Positions 40,562-48,418 of a stretch of 64,000 nucleotides of DNA are shown piece by piece (within the stretch, counting starts at the first letter, position 1; the number at the start of each line of letters is the position of its first letter). Below the pieces are notes generated by a model. The model saw nothing but the letters and a program-made list of their open reading frames with translations, did not search any database and was not told where the DNA came from. The position numbers were made by a program, and so were the translations under genes. Source of the DNA: a virus; IMG/VR virus record IMGVR_UViG_3300028569_000021, positions 1 through 64,000 of that record, one strand, 5' to 3'.

Positions 40562-41224
40562 TTAGTTAGTCTCTTCAATTTCAGGGAACAGATATTTATT
40601 TAAGAATAATTTTGCATTGTCATCACCTATTTCATTTGCTAATGACTTAAATGTCTTATCATTTTTCTTTTGACCTACGCAATATCTATTTTGTATATTA
40701 ATGTTCTTTTGATATATTTTAGTATAGTAAGTAATATAATAAAGATAATTTTTTATAATAATATAAATTTGATTAAAAATATAATCTAATTCTTCCGCTT
40801 CTGGTGTAATACAAATAAAATCATCACTAAAAAAATTAGCCCATTCTGGTAAATTTCTGGTAGGTGACTTAATTTTACTTTTAAGATTTCTTAAGCTGGT
40901 TATATCAAATAAAGACAGTGATGTAGGTGTGAGATCAAAAAATATTCCTGTAATTTTATCCCCTAGAGCTATAACATCGAATCCTAAAATAGGTAAATCA
41001 ACATGTGAATTGGGAAAAATATTTGAATGCAACACACACATTTTATTAGTTTTATAATATTCAAGATGCACGTGCCTAGTAACATCAGTATTAAAAAAAT
41101 AATTTAACCATTCGTGTTCTTCTTTCTGAAAAGGTAGCTTCTTATTATCGAAGCTACCCATATAGTCAGAAAAAATATCAGCTAAATCGTTAAAATAGCC
41201 TTTAAGTAGATTGTGGGATTCCAT
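40562..41224 (-). CDS. pcyA: Ferredoxin-dependent bilin reductase, PcyA/PcyX type
   Basis: 'RHVHLE...VLHSNIFP...LPILGFDVIA...DLTP', 'RNLPEWANFFS', 'QNRYC..QKKNDKT...L' and 'YLFP'. Start placed at MESH (41224); the track starts at 41260. Confidence 0.85.
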   Translation of the reverse strand: MESHNLLKGYFNDLADIFSDYMGSFDNKKLPFQKEEHEWLNYFFNTDVTRHVHLEYYKTNKMCVLHSNIFPNSHVDLPILGFDVIALGDKITGIFFDLTPTSLSLFDITSLRNLKSKIKSPTRNLPEWANFFSDDFICITPEAEELDYIFNQIYIIIKNYLYYITYYTKIYQKNINIQNRYCVGQKKNDKTFKSLANEIGDDNAKLFLNKYLFPEIEETN

Positions 41225-41798
41225 TATAAATTTGATCAAATAGAGTAACGTGAAACTCAAAAAAATTATTTACTTCTAATACAAAATCATCTTCACTAAC
41301 ATTGTCATTTGTAATATCAACAATTGCTCTTACATCACTAATAACATTTTGTGCATTATTATAAATGTACATTTGATTAAAAGGTGCAAGTTTTGTAGAT
41401 AGTAACCTACCGCCGTAAAGATCAGCTAACCACCTAACGTATAGGTCCGCTTTAAGCAAAGCAACTGGCTTAGACCAAGCTTTTGATACCCATTCCTCTG
41501 CAATTGCTAAAGGTTTTAACAAGTAAACATTGTCTTCATTAATATGCTTTCGAGTAAGTGTGATAATATCTTTAGAGATTGTCTGAGTCCTCCTTAAGTC
41601 AGAGTTTCTAAAGATATTTGCTGACAATAGTCTTTCCTCCACAGCACTATATGTAGGTCTCACATTAACAAGAAATTGTAAAAGTTGTCTTTCATCGTAT
41701 TTGCCACTAATAAAACTGGCCATCAGTGGATGATTTTCTGCTCTTTTATGTGATTCTGTTGTTTCTTCTTTAAGTCGTTGTTGCAATGTATTACTCAT
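41202..41798 (-). CDS. ho1: Heme oxygenase (ferredoxin-dependent HO1/HemO type)
   Basis: 'LKEETTESHKRAE' carries the proximal His; distal helix 'YVRWLADLYGG'; 'FVLEVNNFF'. Confidence 0.88.
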   Translation of the reverse strand: MSNTLQQRLKEETTESHKRAENHPLMASFISGKYDERQLLQFLVNVRPTYSAVEERLLSANIFRNSDLRRTQTISKDIITLTRKHINEDNVYLLKPLAIAEEWVSKAWSKPVALLKADLYVRWLADLYGGRLLSTKLAPFNQMYIYNNAQNVISDVRAIVDITNDNVSEDDFVLEVNNFFEFHVTLFDQIYNGIPQST

Positions 41799-41802
41799 AT
41801 TT

Positions 41803-42540
41803 TTATATTAACTTACAGTTGTGTTTTTTCCACACACTATCTAAATTTTGTTTATATTCCATAGGATCAATCAACCCGGCATTAATAAATCCCTTAATTC
41901 TTAATGAGGATGAGGCTGATGAAGCGTCAGCAGGTAACTCACCTGAGTAACAAGTATATGTCTTATCAAATTTAACGCCAAGCTTTACTCCTTCCTTAAT
42001 AATATCAACCTTATCCATTTCAATTAAAGGCGCTATAACTTTAATACTCTTTTCTCTATTCAATTCTATAACAGAATTAAACCTATTAACAAACGTTTCT
42101 TCTGCATCCCAATATCCGGCAAGACTATCAATCTTAGTAGCACCATACCATACTTCCTCCGCACCTACAGTCTCTGCATAAGCACAGCACATACTTAAAA
42201 ACATTATATTTCTGAACGGTACGTAAGATTTTGGCTGTGCTTCACCCATCATATCTTTAATATTAGGTGTATCAATATTATCGTTAGTAAGAGAGCTAGT
42301 ACTAGCTAACTCTCTAATAGCAGTAACGTCAATTATTTTAAGTTGACCTGTTAAATTATTAAAGTCCGCTTGTTGTACTGCACATGTTTTTTCAATAATA
42401 TGTCTTTGACCATAGTCAAAAAACAAGGGATAAACATTATTATTACCTACTTGCTCTATTGCTTTCCACAATAGTACGGCACTATCCATACCACCTGAAA
42501 GCGTAACTACAATTTTTTTATTCTTCATCTTTTGTAACAT
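41803..42540 (-). CDS. queC: 7-cyano-7-deazaguanine synthase (atypical Zn site)
   Basis: PP-loop SGGMDS, 'FDYGQRH', 'SSLT', 'YVPFRN', 'APL...K' and 'TYTCY'. Likely start is MKNKK. Confidence 0.92.
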   Translation of the reverse strand: MLQKMKNKKIVVTLSGGMDSAVLLWKAIEQVGNNNVYPLFFDYGQRHIIEKTCAVQQADFNNLTGQLKIIDVTAIRELASTSSLTNDNIDTPNIKDMMGEAQPKSYVPFRNIMFLSMCCAYAETVGAEEVWYGATKIDSLAGYWDAEETFVNRFNSVIELNREKSIKVIAPLIEMDKVDIIKEGVKLGVKFDKTYTCYSGELPADASSASSSLRIKGFINAGLIDPMEYKQNLDSVWKKHNCKLI

Positions 42541-43606
42541 CCTCTTTTACAGGTCCATGAGAATATTTGTATTTTTCCCCAAGAATTACCTCTAATTTAG
42601 GTAAAATAATATCCTCGTAGAATTTTTCATTAATAAAATTCTTTTTATAACCTAGCTTAGTACCATCAGGCATGGTGTAGGTAGATCCCGTTTGCATAAT
42701 AATACCATGATTGACAGCCATCTCAAACAAGCCTGAATACCTATCTAAACCTTTAAGAAAGTTAAGATAAAGAGAGGCTTCAAGAAATGGCGGTACAAAT
42801 CTATTTTTTACAGTTAGTGCTCTCAATGTTGCACCACTATAATTTTTTGCCTCAGGTAAGATTTCATCAGCATCGTCATTTTCAGCTTTTTCATTCTTCT
42901 TAGCTAGCTGCACAATTACCGAAGCCATATAAAGCGGTCCCGAACCGCCTGATTGATTCTTAATAAGTGACGGGTAGAGGGCTACAGGGTCTGCATAAGT
43001 ATGATTTGATATTAACACTGTAACCCCAGCTTGACCTGCTTTAAGAGTAAGAGTTCTCAAGAGACTCTTTATGCCTTTAGCTCTACTGCCCATATCTGCT
43101 GCTGCCTTATCCTTAAGCATATCTTGCTGTTCCTTTTCAGAAGAAAGATTACCAAGACTATCAATAGAAACTATAAATTTACCTTGTAGTTTATTTTCTA
43201 TAACCTTATCAAGAAATTTAGAGATAGAATTACGTAAACCTTCCACTGTATCAACAGGTATATACTTTGTCTTTTCCGGGTCTAATCCAACGTTAATAGC
43301 AGATTGTGAATCAACTGCAAACTCTGAATCAAAAATAACAGGATATATGCCTTGCTTCTGTGCAAGACCTAAGATCTTATTAATGAATAGGGTTTTACCA
43401 GTTCCAGTTTCACCCGCAAATATAATTACTCTACCCTTAGGTACCCCCCCGTCTTTAAGTTTGCCAGAAATAATTGCGTTAAGTGCGTATGAGCCTGTAT
43501 CATACCAAGTATCTACATTTGTAAGAGTGCTTTCCGAGAGATATGTAGCATAAGGATTCTCATCCAACACATCAAATACATCCTGCATTTTTTTATCTTT
43601 TTCCAT
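42518..43606 (-). CDS. uvsX: RecA-like recombinase
   Basis: 'DTGSYALNAIISG', Walker A GETGTGKT, 'DSE', 'IDSLGNL', 'DMGSRAK', 'NHTY' and 'KNRF'. Confidence 0.95.
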   Translation of the reverse strand: MEKDKKMQDVFDVLDENPYATYLSESTLTNVDTWYDTGSYALNAIISGKLKDGGVPKGRVIIFAGETGTGKTLFINKILGLAQKQGIYPVIFDSEFAVDSQSAINVGLDPEKTKYIPVDTVEGLRNSISKFLDKVIENKLQGKFIVSIDSLGNLSSEKEQQDMLKDKAAADMGSRAKGIKSLLRTLTLKAGQAGVTVLISNHTYADPVALYPSLIKNQSGGSGPLYMASVIVQLAKKNEKAENDDADEILPEAKNYSGATLRALTVKNRFVPPFLEASLYLNFLKGLDRYSGLFEMAVNHGIIMQTGSTYTMPDGTKLGYKKNFINEKFYEDIILPKLEVILGEKYKYSHGPVKEDVTKDEE

Positions 43607-43612
43607 ACAAGT

Positions 43613-43640
43613 AATATAGTGTATATTTTTTATAATTCAA
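43613..43640 (-). promoter_or_regulatory. Sigma70-like promoter of the uvsX-queC-ho1-pcyA-gat operon
   Basis: TTGAAT-N16-TATATT-N6-ATG, located just after a terminator. Confidence 0.7.
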
Positions 43641-43641
43641 G

Positions 43642-43671
43642 AAAAAAAAAACCATCTCAAAGAGATGGTTT
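43642..43671 (-). terminator. Rho-independent terminator
   Basis: Minus strand ACCATCTC-ttt-GAGATGGT followed by a T-run. Confidence 0.8.
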
Positions 43672-43696
43672 AAAAAGTATTTTTTTAATTTTGTTA

Positions 43697-44044
43697 CTAT
43701 TCGTCAAAAAGTTTTACTACTTCATCTGACGATGAGCCTGGATTTTGAGCTGTCGGTGCACCGCAAATAGATTGATACTGACCAACTAAACGCTCTTCTA
43801 GAACTGCATCACTAACAACAATACGGTTCTTAGGATAGATAAATGTAACCCCTTCTTTGCGAGTCTCTTGAGTAAGAAATTCCCTAAACAAAACCGGCAA
43901 GAGTTGTACTTGAAGTTGATTTTGTTGATTAGGTGCAGCTTGAAGAACAGCAGGATTTTTAACCACTACTTTGTTCTCGTCAACTTTAACCTTTTCAGCG
44001 ATGATTGTAAACCCTACTGGGTCGATGAATAATATTGTTTCCAT
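43697..44044 (-). CDS. Conserved-type small beta-rich (Sm-like) phage protein
   Basis: 'TIIAE...VVVKNPAVL...LVGQY...' pattern; sits between polymerase and uvsX as in many T4-like phages. Confidence 0.55.
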   Translation of the reverse strand: METILFIDPVGFTIIAEKVKVDENKVVVKNPAVLQAAPNQQNQLQVQLLPVLFREFLTQETRKEGVTFIYPKNRIVVSDAVLEERLVGQYQSICGAPTAQNPGSSSDEVVKLFDE

Positions 44045-44077
44045 ATGTCTTATAAATTATATTATGTTTGCAATAAA

Positions 44078-46633
44078 TCAACTCAATAACTCGAATAAAT
44101 CACATTGAATTATTTCACCTGGCTTAGAAGGTACCCAATTAACGTTTTCATAAAAGCGTTTTACAATAGAATACACAATTTTTTCAAACATAGCCTCATA
44201 GTCTAATTGAAAGAGCTGTTTAAATTCGTCAGGATAATAATACTTGTAAGCTATTTTTTTAATTCCAAATCTATTAGGAGTTTTTAAAGCCATATGTCTT
44301 ATCTTATCTCCAGATTGAATCTTTTCATACTTTTTTTCTATACCTAGTCTTTTAATTAACTCGTTATAAAAATATGCCGCTTTAACATGGTGTGGCATGC
44401 CTTTAGCTGTTTTAAACCCCTCACATAAAGTAGAATACCTCTCTAACCCTTTAATACCTGACACTTCAGCAATATCTTCCACCGACAATTGAATAAATTT
44501 ATCATATACTTCACTTACAACCTGGTTTGTCTTTTGGTGATTTTGGGTCAGCAACATTGTTTCAATAATGTTTTTTACTAAAGGTTTGAGACTTGGAGGC
44601 ATTGTTGTCCTCTTGACCTCTACACCTACATACTTAAACTCATTAGAAGGTGTACCTTCATCGTCTAGTACATGTAGTACATATCTTTTCTTTTTAAAGA
44701 AGCATGCCACGTCACAGATCTTCTCTCTTTTAAAGATAAATCTACAGTCTTTACTATTGAGAACCTTTTCGCCCCACAAAGTAATTTCTGTATTAAGGTA
44801 ATCAGTAACTCCGTCTACAATCTTATGAAACTCTTTTGTTATTAGACCATTTTCAACCGCGTTAATTTTATGATATTTAACCAAATGATCCAAAGCAAAA
44901 TAACAGCTGTCTGTATCAGTATATTTGTTTACCTCGCCCGGATCTTCTCCTGTTTCTTGTTGAATGTATCTTTTAACAATTTCTGCACTCTCTTTAATAA
45001 CAGCTTGACCGGTTAATGTGATGCTTTCTGCCAAATCATCATCACCAAGAGGGAATACTTTATTGCCGAGAACACCATATACGGAGTTAATGAAAATTTT
45101 AATTGTAAGTTGCTTGGTCTCTAATCTGTTTATTTCTTGCTCTAATTCTTTTTTATCTTCTAATTTTGCTATTTTCTTTTTTAATTTAGACAATTCTTTT
45201 TTAACCTCTACACGCTTACTGTAATAATAGTCTACTACTTCAGGAATTAATCCTTTTGTTTTCTGAGTAAACAGTACACCTGCTCTTGAAATAGCTAGAT
45301 CCTTATCTTTAACTAGCGTCGCAAATTTACCTGTGCTTAGCTTATATGTATTATTATTAACATCCTTAATGGTAATCTCTTCTTTATTCTTACCCACGAT
45401 TTTGCCGATTTTAGTTTCTGGTGAGAGATTTAACGTAATCATCGTATTAGGGTACAGAGAGTTAGCATCGAAGCTAACTATATTCTTTTGAAAACCTGGC
45501 TCAGGTACCTTAACATACGCTCCTGCATTTTGAGAACCGTCGTCCGGGGGTCTAATAAAGGTAGGAATAATTTGACCTCTCTGTCTAGCCTTAATTGCAC
45601 AAGCACCAACAATAACAGACATTGAGCCCATAGACGCTTCAACTGTAGTAAGACCCGCAATTGAAAGCATTCTCAAAAGTTCAATATATTTTAATGTTTG
45701 CTCGAGTTTTACAAGAATTTTAACGTCTTGAATGTTATAGTCTACGAAAACGTCCCAGCGGTTATCAGCAAGGTCTGATAGATTACTACTACCATAATCA
45801 ATCTTCTGTTCGTCAAGTTCTAGTCTAGCAATAGTATCAAGCTTATAATTTTCTCTATTAGGTGCGAATTTTTTATATACGTCCAAGTAGTCGACCGATG
45901 ACACACCATCAATATACCATCTTGTCTGGTCTTTACCGAACTGACCTTTCATAGTCCTACTATACATTCTACCTGTAGGTGACAATCTTTGAGCTGTTTC
46001 AAAGTCAAACAAGTTAGTAATTCTATTAATAATATAGGGCAAGTCAAAGCCGTGAAAGTTCCAACCAGAAATAATATCCGGGTAGTCTTTTGTATAATAG
46101 TCTAGAAATTTTAGAAGAAGGTCCTGCTCATCTCTGCATTTAATATAAACTTCGTCAGGATTTTTAGGAGTATATTCTTTCTTTAGACCAAACGTATGAT
46201 ATTTATTTGTTAATGAGTCATGCGAAGTTATAAGATTAATAACATGCGTCGCAGTTTCTGGAACAGGAAACTCATCGACTGAATAAGTCTCGATATCTAT
46301 CATGAACACCTTAAGCGGATTCTGAATAAATTCTGGCTTTTCATAATCCTTATAAAAGGTATCAATTAAAAATTGCTGATTTACAGACAGATTTTCAAAA
46401 AGTCTCTTAACATTCGACTCTTTAAAGAACTTGCTCCTCTCGTATTGATTTTTAAATTTGCGCTTCTTAAGAGGAGTATTAAAAATACTCGTAGCATCGG
46501 GTTTATTATTAGACTCTACATACAGGTAAGGATTGTAGGAAACATCGTAGGACACTCGTCTCCCTTCATTATCCCATGTATATAAGATCATACACTCTCC
46601 TTTTGGGTTATACGCAACGTTTCTATAGCTCAT
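44078..46633 (-). CDS. gp43: Family B DNA polymerase
   Basis: Exo I DIET, Exo II 'GWN..GFD', Exo III 'YNIQD'; Pol A 'SFDANSLYP', Pol B 'KIFINSVYG', Pol C 'YTDTDS'; KKRY. No intein or intron. Confidence 0.98.
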   Translation of the reverse strand: MSYRNVAYNPKGECMILYTWDNEGRRVSYDVSYNPYLYVESNNKPDATSIFNTPLKKRKFKNQYERSKFFKESNVKRLFENLSVNQQFLIDTFYKDYEKPEFIQNPLKVFMIDIETYSVDEFPVPETATHVINLITSHDSLTNKYHTFGLKKEYTPKNPDEVYIKCRDEQDLLLKFLDYYTKDYPDIISGWNFHGFDLPYIINRITNLFDFETAQRLSPTGRMYSRTMKGQFGKDQTRWYIDGVSSVDYLDVYKKFAPNRENYKLDTIARLELDEQKIDYGSSNLSDLADNRWDVFVDYNIQDVKILVKLEQTLKYIELLRMLSIAGLTTVEASMGSMSVIVGACAIKARQRGQIIPTFIRPPDDGSQNAGAYVKVPEPGFQKNIVSFDANSLYPNTMITLNLSPETKIGKIVGKNKEEITIKDVNNNTYKLSTGKFATLVKDKDLAISRAGVLFTQKTKGLIPEVVDYYYSKRVEVKKELSKLKKKIAKLEDKKELEQEINRLETKQLTIKIFINSVYGVLGNKVFPLGDDDLAESITLTGQAVIKESAEIVKRYIQQETGEDPGEVNKYTDTDSCYFALDHLVKYHKINAVENGLITKEFHKIVDGVTDYLNTEITLWGEKVLNSKDCRFIFKREKICDVACFFKKKRYVLHVLDDEGTPSNEFKYVGVEVKRTTMPPSLKPLVKNIIETMLLTQNHQKTNQVVSEVYDKFIQLSVEDIAEVSGIKGLERYSTLCEGFKTAKGMPHHVKAAYFYNELIKRLGIEKKYEKIQSGDKIRHMALKTPNRFGIKKIAYKYYYPDEFKQLFQLDYEAMFEKIVYSIVKRFYENVNWVPSKPGEIIQCDLFELLS

Positions 46634-46669
46634 AAGTAGTTTTTTTTACAAGTTAGAATATATATTAAT

Positions 46670-46867
46670 ATGAGTGAAGATCAAATTAATTTTTTTATAG
46701 AAGATAAGCCTTGCCCGGAAAGTATTGTTAACTGTTCTAATTTAAGAAAAGAATTTTTTAAAGAATTAGAAGACTATAAGAAGCAAGGAGCATGCAGTAG
46801 TTGCGCTGAAAGGAGTTTAAGAAACAAATATCTTACTTTTATAATGTCCTCTACCCCTACAACTTAA
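46670..46867 (+). CDS. Small Cys-rich protein
   Basis: 65 aa with C...C...CSSC; TAATG-coupled to the next gene. Confidence 0.6.
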   Translation: MSEDQINFFIEDKPCPESIVNCSNLRKEFFKELEDYKKQGACSSCAERSLRNKYLTFIMSSTPTT

Positions 46868-47187
46868 TGACTATTTTATTTTTACTTGGATTACTAAATG
46901 TCAATAGTTTACTGACTCTTTGGTTTTTTTCTCCTATAAAAAACACTATTGGTAAAATTTTCTTTAAAAAAGATTTATCTCCAATGCAGTTTGACGATTA
47001 TCTTTTTGTAAAAAATAAAATTTTAGGAGAGTTAACCTCTTGTTGGATATGTTGTAGTTTTTGGCTCTCTTTACTAGTAGGTGCAGCTTATACATTTATT
47101 TTTAGTTTAAGTCCTCTATGGCCTTTACTAACTTTTTTGTCTTACCCTTGTATAAGCTATCTTTTTTATATAATCGTTAAACGATAA
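46867..47187 (+). CDS. Membrane protein with CxxC (DUF1360-like)
   Basis: Hydrophobic helices; 'GELTSCWICCSFWLS'. Confidence 0.6.
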   Translation: MTILFLLGLLNVNSLLTLWFFSPIKNTIGKIFFKKDLSPMQFDDYLFVKNKILGELTSCWICCSFWLSLLVGAAYTFIFSLSPLWPLLTFLSYPCISYLFYIIVKR

Positions 47188-48376
47188 TTCCGTTTATTCG
47201 ATTTATTCTCTTCCTATCTTTATGACCATATGGTAGAGTAAACAGTTCCTGATAACAATCAAGATTTTCACCATTCTCAAGCCATCTAGTATTAGCTATA
47301 TTACGTGCTTTTGCAGAAAGATTCATATATCTACCTTTCTTGCTCAAAACATCGCTACATATGTCAATCATCTCACTTCCTGTCTTAAATTTAAAAGGTG
47401 CATCTTCATAAGTGCATAAGTCTTGACATGCAATCGGTATCCCGAAAGCATTTGCCTCAATTAACTTAAGATCAGATTTTGACTTATTAAAATTATTATC
47501 TTTAAGAGGTGCAACCATCATATTAACTCTAAGATTTTTAATTTTTTCTCCGTAATTATAAAGATTAGACCACTCGTGGAATTCAATTTTTTTAGACTGT
47601 ACTAAATTTCTCAAAGGAAGTGGGTAAGCTCCTAGAAATACCCACTGGAATTTATCAACAGTATCATGAATTGCTTTAACAACATGAGAAAAATCATCAT
47701 CTTGTCCAACTCTATTGTCTACATCAAAGTGTGCACCGGAACCAGTATAAAGAATTCTTGGTTTTTTCGAGTGCTGGTCGTAATTATCAGAAATTGTCTT
47801 TACATCATAATGATTTCCAATCCAAAATTTAGGTGGGTAATTGGGAATAATAGTAATATTATTATGGCCAGTTTTTGCTGCATAATAATCCTTCATGAAC
47901 TGACATGTTACTGTAATTTCATCACACATTCCCATAATCTCTAGAATGTTTTTTCTTATATCTGGATCAGTAAAAGCAGGTTTAAACTTGTTATATTCAG
48001 GAATGTCTTCATGAAAGACTAAGTCATCAATTTCATAAATTAATCTAAAACCTACCTGCTTTTGAACTTCTTTTAAAAATTTAACAAATGCGACTTGATG
48101 GGATGTAGCTTGTCTTTGAATTCTTACAACCTTAGTATGTACATACCATCTTGGATCTAAGCACATAACAGTACTACCATGCACTACTCCTTTATTATAA
48201 GCATTAATTAAATGCTCCGGCCAGATCATTCTCCAGAAACCACACCCGCTATAATCAGCATAGAATTGAATTGTTCTTGGTAGCTGAGTTTCAGGTGGCG
48301 TAAGATCTTGCTGCTTTTGTACGGGTTGAGAAAAATTATTTTTTTGTACGTTTCTTTGTAAAGGTGATATCAACAT
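47177..48376 (-). CDS. GT-B fold glycosyltransferase
   Basis: 'GCGFWRMIWP', 'YEIDD', 'CDEITVT', 'IPNY', 'APLKDNNFNKSKSDLKLIE' and 'GIP'. Confidence 0.8.
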   Translation of the reverse strand: MLISPLQRNVQKNNFSQPVQKQQDLTPPETQLPRTIQFYADYSGCGFWRMIWPEHLINAYNKGVVHGSTVMCLDPRWYVHTKVVRIQRQATSHQVAFVKFLKEVQKQVGFRLIYEIDDLVFHEDIPEYNKFKPAFTDPDIRKNILEIMGMCDEITVTCQFMKDYYAAKTGHNNITIIPNYPPKFWIGNHYDVKTISDNYDQHSKKPRILYTGSGAHFDVDNRVGQDDDFSHVVKAIHDTVDKFQWVFLGAYPLPLRNLVQSKKIEFHEWSNLYNYGEKIKNLRVNMMVAPLKDNNFNKSKSDLKLIEANAFGIPIACQDLCTYEDAPFKFKTGSEMIDICSDVLSKKGRYMNLSAKARNIANTRWLENGENLDCYQELFTLPYGHKDRKRINRINGIIV

Positions 48377-48418
48377 ATTTTAAATTTGTATTATTTACTT
48401 TTTCTTTTTTTAATTCAA

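Noticed and set aside
40562-41798. Calling the phage a cyanophage because of ho1/pcyA
   Set aside because: No psbA/hli/cpeT/petF or other cyanophage markers in the window, and HO-FDBR pairs also occur in non-cyanophages. The host remains undetermined.
43071-43553. 160-aa antisense ORF within uvsX and similar shadows (12669-13034, 26016-26285, 54869-55174, 24950-25273, 28927-29145, 62748-63017)
   Set aside because: They lie wholly within well-supported genes, with composition typical of reverse or alternate frames.
44078-46633. Inteins or introns in polymerase, terminase, helicases or UvsX
   Set aside because: Lengths are normal, motifs are contiguous and no splice motifs are seen.
36973-48418. 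Possible early promoters before DHH (36972), the 44044 ORF, gp43 (46633) and GT-B (48376)
   Set aside because: TTGA boxes or AT-rich tracts are present, but the -10 element or spacing does not fit the pattern cleanly, so they were not called.
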